From Trichodesmium erythraeum IMS101 (GTDB lineage Bacteria > Cyanobacteriota > Cyanobacteriia > Cyanobacteriales > Microcoleaceae), in NCBI RefSeq assembly GCF_000014265.1, contig NC_008312.1, positions 6,870,001-6,902,000 of the forward strand: a DNA stretch of 32,000 bases. The letters run 5' to 3'. The first letter of the stretch is position 1. Every line of letters starts with the position of its first letter. A program made the translations under genes and the position numbers. This document shows, one piece after another, positions 1-9,727 of the stretch. The notes under the pieces are model-generated. The model ran no database searches. It saw only the letters and a program-made list of their open reading frames with translations, and was not told where the DNA came from.

Positions 1-812
1 GCACCAAATTTATAGGAGTTATTGGGGTTATATTTATGAGTCGTGTTTTTCAAGAAATTGGTCAACTTTTACTAGCACAAATACTCCTCAGTCAAACTGA
101 TGCAGATGACTCATCTCAACAGAGAAGAAAAACATTTTTTCCTTTATTTAAAAGTTGTATTAAATACCTGATTTACTTTTGTACAGGCATAGTAATTCTT
201 TATACTATTGGCATTGACCCGACTCCTATTTTAGCAGGTGTAGGAATCATAGGTTTTGCAGTTGGAATAGGAGCTCAAAGTCTCGTCGAAGATATAGTTG
301 CAGGTTTCTTTATTTTGTTTGAAAATTATTACTTAGTAGGAGATTTTGTAGAGATAAATGGTATATATGGTGTTGTAACGGGCATAGAATTAAGAACAAC
401 TCGTATTAATTATGAAGACAAAAATCATATTATCCATAACCGTGATGTTAAAGATATAGTTAATTATCCCAGTTTTGGTAATGCAGTAGTCATGCTCAAA
501 ATTCCTTATCAAGTCAAGATAAGTCAAGTGCATAAAATTATAGAAAAAGTAGGAAATAAAATCCTAGAAGATTATTCAACAGATATAATTGAACCAACAA
601 TAATAGAAGGAATAGAAGAGTTTTCTGAACATCAAATATTAGCTGAAATAGTGACAAAAGTTAAGCCAGGAAAACATTTAATGATTCAAAAAATTGTAGG
701 TTTGATGATTAAAGAAGCTTTTGAGGAAGAAAATATTGATCTTAGAGTGGTTAACCATATCAAACTGAATAATAGTAAACCTATTCCCATATTTTTAAAA
801 GGTATAGAATAA
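1..812 (+). CDS. Mechanosensitive ion channel, MscS family (probably 5'-truncated by the window edge)
   Basis: The ORF stays open to base 3, with no in-frame stop before the ATG at 36. The upstream codons TKFIGVIGVIF look like part of a TM helix. The translation carries the MscS pore-helix/beta-domain signature GVGIIGFAVGIGAQSLVEDIVAGFFILFENYYLVGDFVEINGIYGVVTGIELRTTRI. Confidence 0.8.
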   Translation, partial: TKFIGVIGVIFMSRVFQEIGQLLLAQILLSQTDADDSSQQRRKTFFPLFKSCIKYLIYFCTGIVILYTIGIDPTPILAGVGIIGFAVGIGAQSLVEDIVAGFFILFENYYLVGDFVEINGIYGVVTGIELRTTRINYEDKNHIIHNRDVKDIVNYPSFGNAVVMLKIPYQVKISQVHKIIEKVGNKILEDYSTDIIEPTIIEGIEEFSEHQILAEIVTKVKPGKHLMIQKIVGLMIKEAFEEENIDLRVVNHIKLNNSKPIPIFLKGIE

Positions 813-1126
813 AACTATATTTTCTTACTAGAATGTATAAACAGTTAATTAAAGTTACATTAATTTAAACAAGGCAACAATATGTAAAAGTTATCTGCAA
901 AAATTTTTAGGTATTATGTAAGTATTCAGCTATTAACTGAGTCCCTAGTAAAAAAACCTGATTCTTAAGTATATTTTTATTTAAAAAATATCCTTTAAGG
1001 TCAAAGGATGCGGCTTTTGTTGTAACATTTAAATTTAGCTAAATTAATAAGGCTTTGAGCAAGCTTCAAAAGCAATAGCTGATAGCTGATGGTTGAACCT
1101 TTAGAATACTACTAACCAAAAATAAT

Positions 1127-1543
1127 ATGACTCACTATCAACAATTACTGCAAGTTAATACTTCTGGTAAATCTTTATCTAAAATTACTTCTAAAGTAAA
1201 GGAAGCTGTACTTAAGTCAGGGGTAAAAACTGGTTTATGCAATCTATTTTTACGCCATACTTCCGCCAGTTTAATAATTCAAGAAAATGCAGACCCAGAT
1301 GTATTACTTGACTTAGAAAAATTTATTTCTAAATTAGTGCCAGAAGGCAATTATTATATTCATAGTGCAGAAGGACCTGATGATATGCCGGCTCATATTC
1401 GTAGTGTTTTAACTCATACTTCTGAACAAATTCCTATTAATAATGGCAAATTAGTATTAGGTACTTGGCAAGGAATTTATGTTTGGGAACATCGCCAACG
1501 TGGTCATCAGCGAGATTTAGTAATTCATATTAGTGGGGAGTGA
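1127..1543 (+). CDS. yjbQ: YjbQ/UPF0047 family protein (secondary thiamine-phosphate synthase enzyme)
   Basis: The 138-aa product is colinear with E. coli YjbQ as I remember it. Shared motifs are LRHTSASLIIQENADPDV, EGPDDMPAHIRS and GTWQGIYVWEHR. Confidence 0.85.
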   Translation: MTHYQQLLQVNTSGKSLSKITSKVKEAVLKSGVKTGLCNLFLRHTSASLIIQENADPDVLLDLEKFISKLVPEGNYYIHSAEGPDDMPAHIRSVLTHTSEQIPINNGKLVLGTWQGIYVWEHRQRGHQRDLVIHISGE

Positions 1544-2162
1544 TTTTTGATTAATTAACCGATTTTATTCAATATATAGGATTTTTTCTCAAGTAATACT
1601 AACCAGGGAAGGCGATAACAATAACCAGATAAATAATACTATTTCTCAAAAATTTTATTCCTAGGTCGGAAATTGAAAATAAGTTTGGTTTCTTTGGTAT
1701 TACACAAAAAAAAAGGTAAAAAATCAGTTAAAAATATTAGAAGCCAGAGGTTTTTCCCTCTAAATAAAGCGTCTATTTTTAGATTTTATTATATTAATAT
1801 TCTTTGTAATAAAAGCTAGAGAAACTGTTTTTAATATTATCAAAAAAACACTTTCTCTAAACCTTAATAATATCAGGAGAGCAACTTATTAATCTCTATT
1901 CTATTGTGGATAAAAATTAGGGAACAAGTCGGGGAAAACCTATCTAATTTTCTGATTCCTATATATAGTTTTTTTCAAATTAAATCAACACCATAAATGG
2001 AAAATATACATTCCCAAGAAACTCCATATAAACCACGGTTTATTAACAAGATTCTTTTCCCCAGGGAAAGAGGTTAAATTTTTACTACTTCTCAATTTTA
2101 GTAGCACTTCTTAAATAGCTTTTCAATATAACTAAACTAGATGAAATTGACTATAATAAACC

Positions 2163-3455
2163 ATGTTTCAATACAATTTTTTTTCTCAACCAGAACAAAA
2201 AATACTTGATATTTTCTATGGCTTGATCATAAAAAAAAGTACAATATTATTTCGCACTGCAATAGCGATCGCTCTCTTAGGCATTGTAAGTTGTAGGACC
2301 GAAATTAAACTTGAGTCATCTACTGCTACTCAGACTCAAAACAAGTCTAGGATAAACTCATCGGTCTCTGATGCTGAAAACATGACCTCTATTTCAGACT
2401 ACCAAAAAATAACTTTAGTAAAAAACCTAGAACATCCCTGGAGTATTGCCTGGTTACCAGATGGAAAAATACTAATTACTGAAAGACCAGGGCGGTTGCG
2501 AATTTTTCGTGATGGAATTTTAGAGCCAACTCCTATTTCAGGTGTTCCCCAAGTCTTTGCTTTTGGTCAAGGTGGTTTACTCGATGTCTCTGCTCACCCG
2601 CGTTTTGCCGAAAACCGCTTTATTTATTTAACCTATTCCCACGGCGATCGCTCAAACAACCGCACTCGCATCGCCCGCGCTCGACTAGAGAATAATACCT
2701 TGGGGGATCTAAAAGTCATCTTTGAGGTTTCCCAGACGAAACCAGGGGCACAACATTTTGGTTCACGCATTATTTGGTTGCCTGATGGAACTCTAGTAGC
2801 AAGTATTGGTGATGGCGGCAACCCACCTATTGAGTTCAATGGTGAATTTATTCGGCAACAGGCTCAAAACCGCAATAGTCATTTTGGCAAAGTGATCAGG
2901 TTGAATGACGATGGATCTATACCTTCAAATAACCCTTTTGCTACCTCTACAGATGCTAAACCTGCTCTCTGGAGTTATGGGCATCGGAATATTCAGGGTA
3001 TCACCTTAGACCCCACAAAAAATAGAGTCTGGGCTACTGAACATGGTTCCAGGGGTGGTGATGAACTGAATTTAATTGAGAGGGGAGAAAACTATGGTTG
3101 GCCTGTAGTTACTCACAGTCGTGAATATTCTGGAGGGCTCATCTCTCCAGAAACATCTCGCCCTGGTCTGGTAGACCCGAAAGTGATCTGGACTCCTTCT
3201 ATAGCTCCCTCTGGTTTGGCTTTTTATAACGGCGATCGCTTTCCCCAGTGGCGAGGCAATTTGTTTGCAGGTGGGTTAGTCTCCCAAGATATTCGTCGCA
3301 TTCAGCTTGACCCTGGGGGTAATGTTATCGCTCAAAATTCTATTCCCATAGGTCAGAGAGTGCGGGATGTCCGACAGGGACCTGATGGACTGTTGTATGT
3401 TCTCACCGATGACCGAAACGGGCAATTAATTCGACTAGAACCTATGGGGAAATAA
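2163..3455 (+). CDS. PQQ-dependent sugar (aldose/sorbosone) dehydrogenase, YliI-like beta-propeller, probable lipoprotein
   Basis: The 430-aa product has an N-terminal hydrophobic segment ending in the lipobox-like LLGIVSC. Motifs typical of soluble glucose/sorbosone dehydrogenases are present: LEHPWSIAWLPDG, GQGGLLDV, HFGSRI, GHRNIQG, DELNLIERGENYGWP and DGLLYVLTD. Confidence 0.85.
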   Translation: MFQYNFFSQPEQKILDIFYGLIIKKSTILFRTAIAIALLGIVSCRTEIKLESSTATQTQNKSRINSSVSDAENMTSISDYQKITLVKNLEHPWSIAWLPDGKILITERPGRLRIFRDGILEPTPISGVPQVFAFGQGGLLDVSAHPRFAENRFIYLTYSHGDRSNNRTRIARARLENNTLGDLKVIFEVSQTKPGAQHFGSRIIWLPDGTLVASIGDGGNPPIEFNGEFIRQQAQNRNSHFGKVIRLNDDGSIPSNNPFATSTDAKPALWSYGHRNIQGITLDPTKNRVWATEHGSRGGDELNLIERGENYGWPVVTHSREYSGGLISPETSRPGLVDPKVIWTPSIAPSGLAFYNGDRFPQWRGNLFAGGLVSQDIRRIQLDPGGNVIAQNSIPIGQRVRDVRQGPDGLLYVLTDDRNGQLIRLEPMGK

Positions 3456-3869
3456 CATGGCGCTACACACTATTCAACAGGGAAGCTCCTGACTTTCCAG
3501 ATGAGGGAATTCAATAATTTGAATGCAGAATACTTTTAATTATTTCGGGAACATTAGTGATCAAAAGTGTCTGGTTTGTAGTGGAGCTTTAGCCCTGGAA
3601 ATATCTATCAAGGCAGGAAGTTACTCATAACTCCACCATATCTAGTAGGGGTGTTTTCCTCGGAAATGCTACGCAAATATATTGCCGAGTACTCGCGGAT
3701 CTTCCCCCCTACAGATAGTCATATTTTGGTAAGTCTTGTTAGGACTTTTGCCTGACTACAAATTTTAATTATAAATATTAAGTCGGATCTGACGTTATCT
3801 GTACCTAATATACTTAATAATTTGCAGTGTTTAGAATATACCCTACTTGACCTAAAAGAGGATATTAAA

Positions 3870-4376
3870 TTATGACTTTAAGCTGATGGCAATTTGCACT
3901 TCACTCCGTTTCAAGTCTTCCGGTGTCATTGGCGAGTTATACAACAAACGTCTCGGGGCGCTCACAACTTCATATTCTGGGTGCTGTGTCAACCAATGTT
4001 TTAACTTTTGCAAATTTTGTTCGTAGCTCTCCCAACTGTAAGCACCTTGCACCCCAATACTCACAACTGTCATTGGTGAAGTATCTCTCACCGCCACCTG
4101 AGAATCAATTTTTTGGGGGGTTAGCTCTGGGGTGGAATAAAGAAAGGATACTTCTGTTTTTTGATTTTCTTTAATATAACGAGCTTCTACAGGTGTTGTC
4201 ATCGCAATTTGATTAGTGCTGATATGTTGATATAGCGGGTCAAAAGCGACTCTAGTTGCCATCCGGGAATCACCTGTATGGGTATAGGTAATGCCGCGGT
4301 ATTGGGGATATTCTTTAACTTCGATGATGTTTACCTCGGTGGGTTGAGGAAAACCTTGGGGTAAGGACACAGACAT
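3870..4376 (-). CDS. SOUL heme-binding family protein
   Basis: The 168-aa product shows SOUL/HBP hallmarks. These are EVKEYPQYRG, FDPLYQHISTNQIAMTTPV (family pattern F..L..YI.G.N...IAMT.PV) and the C-terminal LYNSPMTPEDLKRSEV (family pattern YN.P.TP..LRRNEV). Confidence 0.75.
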   Translation of the reverse strand: MSVSLPQGFPQPTEVNIIEVKEYPQYRGITYTHTGDSRMATRVAFDPLYQHISTNQIAMTTPVEARYIKENQKTEVSFLYSTPELTPQKIDSQVAVRDTSPMTVVSIGVQGAYSWESYEQNLQKLKHWLTQHPEYEVVSAPRRLLYNSPMTPEDLKRSEVQIAISLKS

Positions 4377-4883
4377 AATTTTTTGTATGATTTATTTAAG
4401 GGGATATTTTGAGTTTTGGTCTCTAAATGGCCATGAATGCTCTTAAACATGTTTCCATGGCATTCCGAAAGCAAATACTCTGAGTCATTATATGATAATA
4501 AATATGTGGATAAAAGGGTAAGCCTAAGCAGAATAAAGGATAAAGGATAATGATAAGTTTACTGAAAATTTGGCAAGGATAATTGTGGTTTTCAATTGGC
4601 ATATTTTGAGGTTTTTGATGAGCCAAAATAAATAATTTATTTAGCTATTAATTGCATACTTAGATTAATGTCTTAAGAAGATATTGAGAGTAGGAAAGTT
4701 GTATGCGGCGTTCCTACATTATTTCTAATGCTCAGGTTATCGGAAGAGGCTATTAATTTTTGCTGTCAGTTTTTTATCTAGCCAGAAAAAAAGATACGGC
4801 TGGTTTGGGTAAAATGATGTTTGGCTGTTATGGTATTATGTAGTGTGATTATCCAAAAAATTAGACCATGTAGACTATGTATA

Positions 4884-4946
4884 ACCTAAAACCTGCTACC
4901 TAAAATCTAACATCTAAAACCTGCTACCTAAAACCTAATACCTAAC
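4884..4946. repeat. Nine tandem heptamers (ACCTAAA/ACCTGCT/ATCTAAC...), STRR-like, ending 30 bp upstream of the CHAT gene start
   Basis: Read directly: ACCTAAA ACCTGCT ACCTAAA ATCTAAC ATCTAAA ACCTGCT ACCTAAA ACCTAAT ACCTAAC. The tract contains a perfect 20-bp direct repeat CTAAAACCTGCTACCTAAAA at 4886-4905 and 4914-4933. Confidence 0.85.
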
Positions 4947-4975
4947 AAAAGATATCAACCAACTAATAACTAAAA

Positions 4976-7900
4976 GTGGACAACAAACGCATAGAAGCAT
5001 ACACCAACCTCGTTAACCAACTGCTAACTTCCCCCAGCGGTGAGAAAGCAAAAATCCTCGAAACAAACCTAGACTTGGTAGATGAAGGGTTACTGGAAAT
5101 AATGGAACTTTACGCACAACAACTGGCAGAAAACGATGACGAAAATGCTCAAAACGCTGCTAATTTTTTACGTCATCTCAGGAGTCAGCTTGTAGAGTTA
5201 CTAGAAACTTCAGAATTTTCTCCCTCAACTCATTACTCATCGGCAGAATATTTGAATTTCTGGAGGGAGGTGTTGCTGGCAACTGCAGAAAGCAAAGGTG
5301 ACCCGAAAGTTGTCTACCCACTCCTACAAGAAAACTTAGATAAACTTGATGATAACTTTGCTGATATATTGCGAAACTGGGCAACTGCTAAATTTTCTGA
5401 AGTGGAGGCGGGTGTAGCAAAAAGCATTGCTATAGATATTATTTATTTCAGTGTCTACATTAAGCAATTTCCTCTGGGCAGCAAAGCAAACAACATGGAA
5501 ATTAGCATTGCAGGTTATGAAGTAGTGCTAAAAGTTTTTACATATAAGAGTCACCGGGAAATTTGGGCAATGACTCAAAATAATCTCGGCGCTGCCTACA
5601 GTGACAGAATAAGGGGAGACAAAGCCGAAAATATTGAAGCTGCCATTGCTGCATACCAACAAGCTTTGCTGGTGTACACCCAAACTGACTTCCCCATGGA
5701 CTGGGCAATGACTCAAAATAATCTCGGCAATGCCTACAGTGACAGAATAAGGGGAAACAAAGCCGAAAATATTGAAGCTGCCATTGCTGCATACGAACAA
5801 GCTTTGCTGGTGTACACCCAAACTGACTTCCCCATGGACTGGGCAAGAACTCAAAATAATCTCGGCATTGCCTACAGTAACAGAATAAGGGGAGACAAAG
5901 CCGAAAATATTGAAGCTGCCATTGCTGCATTCCAACAAGCTTTGCTGGTGTACACCCAAACTGACTTCCCCATGGAATGGGCAAGAACTCAAAATAATCT
6001 CGGCATTGCCTACAGTAACAGAATAAGGGGAGACAAAGCCGAAAATATTGAAGCTGCCATTGCTGCATGCCAACAAGCTTTGCTGGTGCGCACCCAAACT
6101 GACTTCCCCATCAACTGGGCAGCAACTCAAAATAATCTCGGCGCTGCCTACAGAGACAGAATAAGGGGAGACAAAGCCGAAAATATTGAAGCCGCCATTG
6201 CTGCATGCCAACAAGCTTTGCTGGTGTACACCCAAACAGACTTCCCCATCAACTGGGCAAGAACTCAAAATAATCTCGGCATTGCCTACAGTGACAGAAT
6301 AAGGGGAGACAAAGCCGAAAATATTGAAGCTGCCATTGCTGCATACCAACAAGCTTTGCTGGTGCGCACCCAAACAGACTTCCCCATCAACTGGGCAACA
6401 ATTCAAAATAATCTCGGCGCTGCCTACAGAGACAGAATAAGGGGAGACAAAGCCGAAAATATTGAAGCTGCCATTGCTGCATACGAACAAGCTTTGCTGG
6501 TGCGCACCCAAACTGACTTCCCCATGGACTGGGCAAGAACTCAAAATAATCTCGGCAATGCCTACAGTGACAGAATAAGGGGAGACAAAGCCGAAAATAT
6601 TGAAGCCGCCATTGCTGCATACCAACAAGCTTTGCTGGTGCGCACCCAAACTGACTTCCCCATGGACTGGGCAATGACTCAAAATAATCTCGGCAATGCC
6701 TACAGTGACAGAATAAGGGGAGACAAAGCGGAAAATATTGAAGCTGCCATTGCTGCATACCAACAAGCTTTGCTGGTGCGCACCCAAACTGACTTCCCCA
6801 TGGACTGGGCAGGAACTCAAAATAATCTCGGCAATGCCTACAGTGACAGAATAAGGGGAGACAAAGCCGAAAATATTGAAGCCGCCATTGCTGCATACGA
6901 ACAAGCTTTGCTGGTGTACACCCTAGAAGCAGACCCCATCAAACATCTCGGAACCACCCGCAACCTAGGCAACCTATATTTCGACAACCAAAACTGGCAA
7001 CTCGCCGCCGACAACTATAAAAAAGCCATAACCGCAGTGGAACTCAGCCGCAGTTGGGCAACCACCGACGATCGCCGCCAGGAAATACTCAAAGAAAACA
7101 TCAATATCTATAACAAAGCCATCCAAGCATACATACACCTAAAAAAGTTAGAACAAGCACTAGAAATAGCCGAGCGCAGTCAAGCCCGAAACCTAGTCCA
7201 ACTCCTCACCAACCGCGACTTAGTTCCTCAAGATAATGTACCCCCAGAAATAACCCAACAACTTCAACAACAACAAAAAGAAATTCGCGTCAACAAAGGA
7301 GAACTAGAGAAAGTCAGAAAACAACTATCACAGCAAAACACAGAGGAAAAAACATCATTAGAAAAATCTGAGAAACAGCTAAACGAAGAATTACAGAAAC
7401 TCAGACAGCAGTTAGAAAAAACATTCAATCAAATTCAGGAATACGACCCCACCTTCCGCCTGACCCAGGAAGTGCAACCAATAGCTTTTAGAGAAATTCA
7501 GCAACTTGCCACAGAACAGCAGACAGCAATTATTGAGTGGTATATTATGGGAGAAAAATTCCTAGCATTTATCCTAGTTCCCCCAACCTCAACAGCAACA
7601 TCAGAATTATTTATGTGGCAGTCTACCGAAGACGACAGTAAAAATTTAGAGGAGTGGGTAAAAGAATATCTAGAAAAATATTATGAACTTCAGGAAGCAG
7701 AGCTAGAAAATCAGGAAAAAGCCAAAAAATTACAACAAGAATGGGAGACAAAAATAACAACTCGCCTAGAAAAACTAGGAGAAATTTTACATATAAAAGA
7801 AATACTCCAACCCATCCTCGAAAGTGAATGTCAAAGACTCACCTTAATTCCCCATTCCTTCCTACATTTTCTCCCCCTTCATATCTTACCCATTAATAAC

Positions 7901-8719
7901 CCAGAAAATAGTCAAGAAAACCCAGAAAAAAAATATCTCCAGGATTATTTTAACCAGGGAGTAAGCTATGCTCCAAGCTGCCAAATATTGCAAAAAGTTA
8001 GAGAACGAAAAAACCAAGAATTTCAGAGTTTATTTGCCATTCAAAACCTCAACGACACCGAAAATTCACCCCACTTAGGCATTATTTCAATAATCAAAAA
8101 ACAATTTAATAATGTGGAAATAATCCAAGAAAATCAAGCCACAAAATCAGCATTAATTAACCATCCCAAATTATCCCTTGCTAACTCCATATTATTCTTC
8201 TGTCATGGAGTATTTAACCCTACTTATCCCCTAGATTCAGGATTAATATTAGCCGATGAAAAACTCACATTAGGAGATATTATTCAAAACCTAAATTTAA
8301 GCAAATGTCGCCTAGTAACCCTAGCCGCTTGCGAAACAGGATTAACAGATATCTTCAATCAAGAATATGTAGGTTTACCCAGCGGTTTTCTCCTAGCAGG
8401 AAGTACAAATATTATTGCCAGTCTTTGGAGTGTGAGAGTTGATGCAACAGCGTTATTAATGTTAAGATTATATCAAGAATTAAAAAAATATGATAATATA
8501 ATAATAGCCTTAAAAACAGCCCAAAACTGGTTAAGAGATATAAAGGTGCAAGAATTAAAAGAGTGGGTCAGAAAGTCCCCTCTAAAAATAAAAATTCATT
8601 GGCAAGAAGAATTAGAAAAAACATTTACTAAAATGGAAAATCTAGAAGGAGCCAATTGTAAACCATATAACTCACCTTATTTTTGGGCTGGTTTTTGTGT
8701 TGTCGGAAAAGGAGAATAA
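4976..8719 (+). CDS. TPR-repeat protein with C-terminal CHAT (caspase-like) protease domain
   Basis: The 1247-aa ORF starts with GTG. It has an N-terminal helical region followed by ten near-identical 46-aa TPR-like repeats (WAxTQNNLGxAYSDRIRGDKAENIEAAIAAYQQALLVxTQTDFPxx). A K/E/Q-rich coiled-coil linker leads to a C-terminal CHAT-like domain with a candidate catalytic His (ILFFCHGVF) and Cys (LVTLAACETG). Confidence 0.9.
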   Translation: MDNKRIEAYTNLVNQLLTSPSGEKAKILETNLDLVDEGLLEIMELYAQQLAENDDENAQNAANFLRHLRSQLVELLETSEFSPSTHYSSAEYLNFWREVLLATAESKGDPKVVYPLLQENLDKLDDNFADILRNWATAKFSEVEAGVAKSIAIDIIYFSVYIKQFPLGSKANNMEISIAGYEVVLKVFTYKSHREIWAMTQNNLGAAYSDRIRGDKAENIEAAIAAYQQALLVYTQTDFPMDWAMTQNNLGNAYSDRIRGNKAENIEAAIAAYEQALLVYTQTDFPMDWARTQNNLGIAYSNRIRGDKAENIEAAIAAFQQALLVYTQTDFPMEWARTQNNLGIAYSNRIRGDKAENIEAAIAACQQALLVRTQTDFPINWAATQNNLGAAYRDRIRGDKAENIEAAIAACQQALLVYTQTDFPINWARTQNNLGIAYSDRIRGDKAENIEAAIAAYQQALLVRTQTDFPINWATIQNNLGAAYRDRIRGDKAENIEAAIAAYEQALLVRTQTDFPMDWARTQNNLGNAYSDRIRGDKAENIEAAIAAYQQALLVRTQTDFPMDWAMTQNNLGNAYSDRIRGDKAENIEAAIAAYQQALLVRTQTDFPMDWAGTQNNLGNAYSDRIRGDKAENIEAAIAAYEQALLVYTLEADPIKHLGTTRNLGNLYFDNQNWQLAADNYKKAITAVELSRSWATTDDRRQEILKENINIYNKAIQAYIHLKKLEQALEIAERSQARNLVQLLTNRDLVPQDNVPPEITQQLQQQQKEIRVNKGELEKVRKQLSQQNTEEKTSLEKSEKQLNEELQKLRQQLEKTFNQIQEYDPTFRLTQEVQPIAFREIQQLATEQQTAIIEWYIMGEKFLAFILVPPTSTATSELFMWQSTEDDSKNLEEWVKEYLEKYYELQEAELENQEKAKKLQQEWETKITTRLEKLGEILHIKEILQPILESECQRLTLIPHSFLHFLPLHILPINNPENSQENPEKKYLQDYFNQGVSYAPSCQILQKVRERKNQEFQSLFAIQNLNDTENSPHLGIISIIKKQFNNVEIIQENQATKSALINHPKLSLANSILFFCHGVFNPTYPLDSGLILADEKLTLGDIIQNLNLSKCRLVTLAACETGLTDIFNQEYVGLPSGFLLAGSTNIIASLWSVRVDATALLMLRLYQELKKYDNIIIALKTAQNWLRDIKVQELKEWVRKSPLKIKIHWQEELEKTFTKMENLEGANCKPYNSPYFWAGFCVVGKGE
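5564..6943 (+). repeat. Intragenic tandem repeat, 10 x 138 bp (46 codons), inside the CHAT gene
   Basis: The TGG of each WAxTQNNLG unit falls at 5564+138n (checked at 5564, 5702 and 6806). Units 8 and 9 differ at only 4 of 138 nt by hand comparison. Confidence 0.95.
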
Positions 8720-8722
8720 ATT

Positions 8723-8750
8723 AAGTAAAAAGTAAAAAGTAAAAACTAAA
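8723..8750. repeat. Tandem heptamers (AAGTAAA x3, AACTAAA) immediately after the CHAT gene stop
   Basis: Read directly: AAGTAAA AAGTAAA AAGTAAA AACTAAA, starting 4 nt after the TAA stop at 8717-8719. Confidence 0.8.
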
Positions 8751-9043
8751 AAATTAGACTTGAAAAATTAAAAACTTTGAGAGAAAAGTCACTTCAGGAA
8801 ATTATTTGACATAGCTACAAAAGACCGTAACTATCTCTACACCCCTAGTATAATTACAGCCTTTTCAAATTGATCAACAACATCGCCATAACCAAAACCT
8901 TAAACTGACCCTCCATGGAACCTCCCTAAAGAATAAAAAATCAAAAAAGGTAAAAACCTGTTGATAAATTAGTTGTAGATTTTTTCCAATTATTTTGACT
9001 TTAACCCTTACTTATACTTAGCTACTCATTAAATCAATTATTT

Positions 9044-9727
9044 TTAGTTCTGATAACCATCATAATAAATAATCGACTCCTTGAGTTTACGCTTTTCCCA
9101 GTTAGTAATTTCCAGTAAAGGACGCTCTGTAAACTCTGTAACATAGCCTATACATAAATAAGCTATTAACTCATTTTCCAGAGGAGCATTCAGAATCATT
9201 TTCACCTCTTTTTCATCTAAAATACTCACCCAACCCAAACCTAAATTCTCCGCCCTAGCCATCAACCACAAATTTTGAATTGCCAGACAAACACTGTAGG
9301 GTCCAAACTTCTCTTGACTAGTTTGACCAACAACAGAATTAGGTGAAGGTTTATAGAAAACAGCAATATTAACAGGAGCCGCAGTAATTCCTTCCAACTG
9401 AAGCTGATTATAGAAAGGTCTATCTTTAAATATTTTTTTAGCCTTTTCATTCTCCTTAATAAAAGAATCTTTAACCTTAGCCTTAATTAATGGATCACGA
9501 ATAATTATAAATTCCCAGGGTTGAGAAAAACCTACAGAAGGAGCGTGTAAAGCAGCAGATAACAACCGTTCAACTATTGAATCAGGAATTTCTTTACTAA
9601 TAAAATTTTTCCCAAACTCTGTGCGGCGATTTATAATAATATCTGCAAGTACTTGACTTTCTTGTTCAGTAAAAGCTCGACCTTTCATATCATTTTTCTC
9701 CGTTTTATTTGACAAATTTTTTAACAT
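9044..9727 (-). CDS. bluB: 5,6-dimethylbenzimidazole synthase BluB (nitroreductase fold)
   Basis: The 227-aa product has BluB-type motifs as I recall them from Sinorhizobium BluB. These are HAPSVGFSQPWEF, LQLEGITAAP and YSVCLAIQNLWLMARAENLGLGWVSI. Length and colinearity also match. Confidence 0.8.
   Translation of the reverse strand: MLKNLSNKTEKNDMKGRAFTEQESQVLADIIINRRTEFGKNFISKEIPDSIVERLLSAALHAPSVGFSQPWEFIIIRDPLIKAKVKDSFIKENEKAKKIFKDRPFYNQLQLEGITAAPVNIAVFYKPSPNSVVGQTSQEKFGPYSVCLAIQNLWLMARAENLGLGWVSILDEKEVKMILNAPLENELIAYLCIGYVTEFTERPLLEITNWEKRKLKESIIYYDGYQN

Noticed and set aside
4423-4626. 67-aa ORF on the minus strand between the SOUL and CHAT genes (and similarly the 74-aa ORF at 24101..24325)
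   Set aside because: Both lie in AT-rich spacer and have odd composition (rich in I, F, Y and C). Neither has a ribosome-binding site or a motif I recognise. They are most likely chance ORFs.
5528-6904. Long antisense ORFs (458, 176 and 169 aa) opposite the CHAT gene repeats
   Set aside because: They exist only because the 138-bp unit happens to lack stops in the antisense frames and is copied ten times. The translations are low-complexity repeats (SPYSVTVG..., MQQWQLQYFRLC...) with no family resemblance. The sense strand has a clear TPR-CHAT reading.
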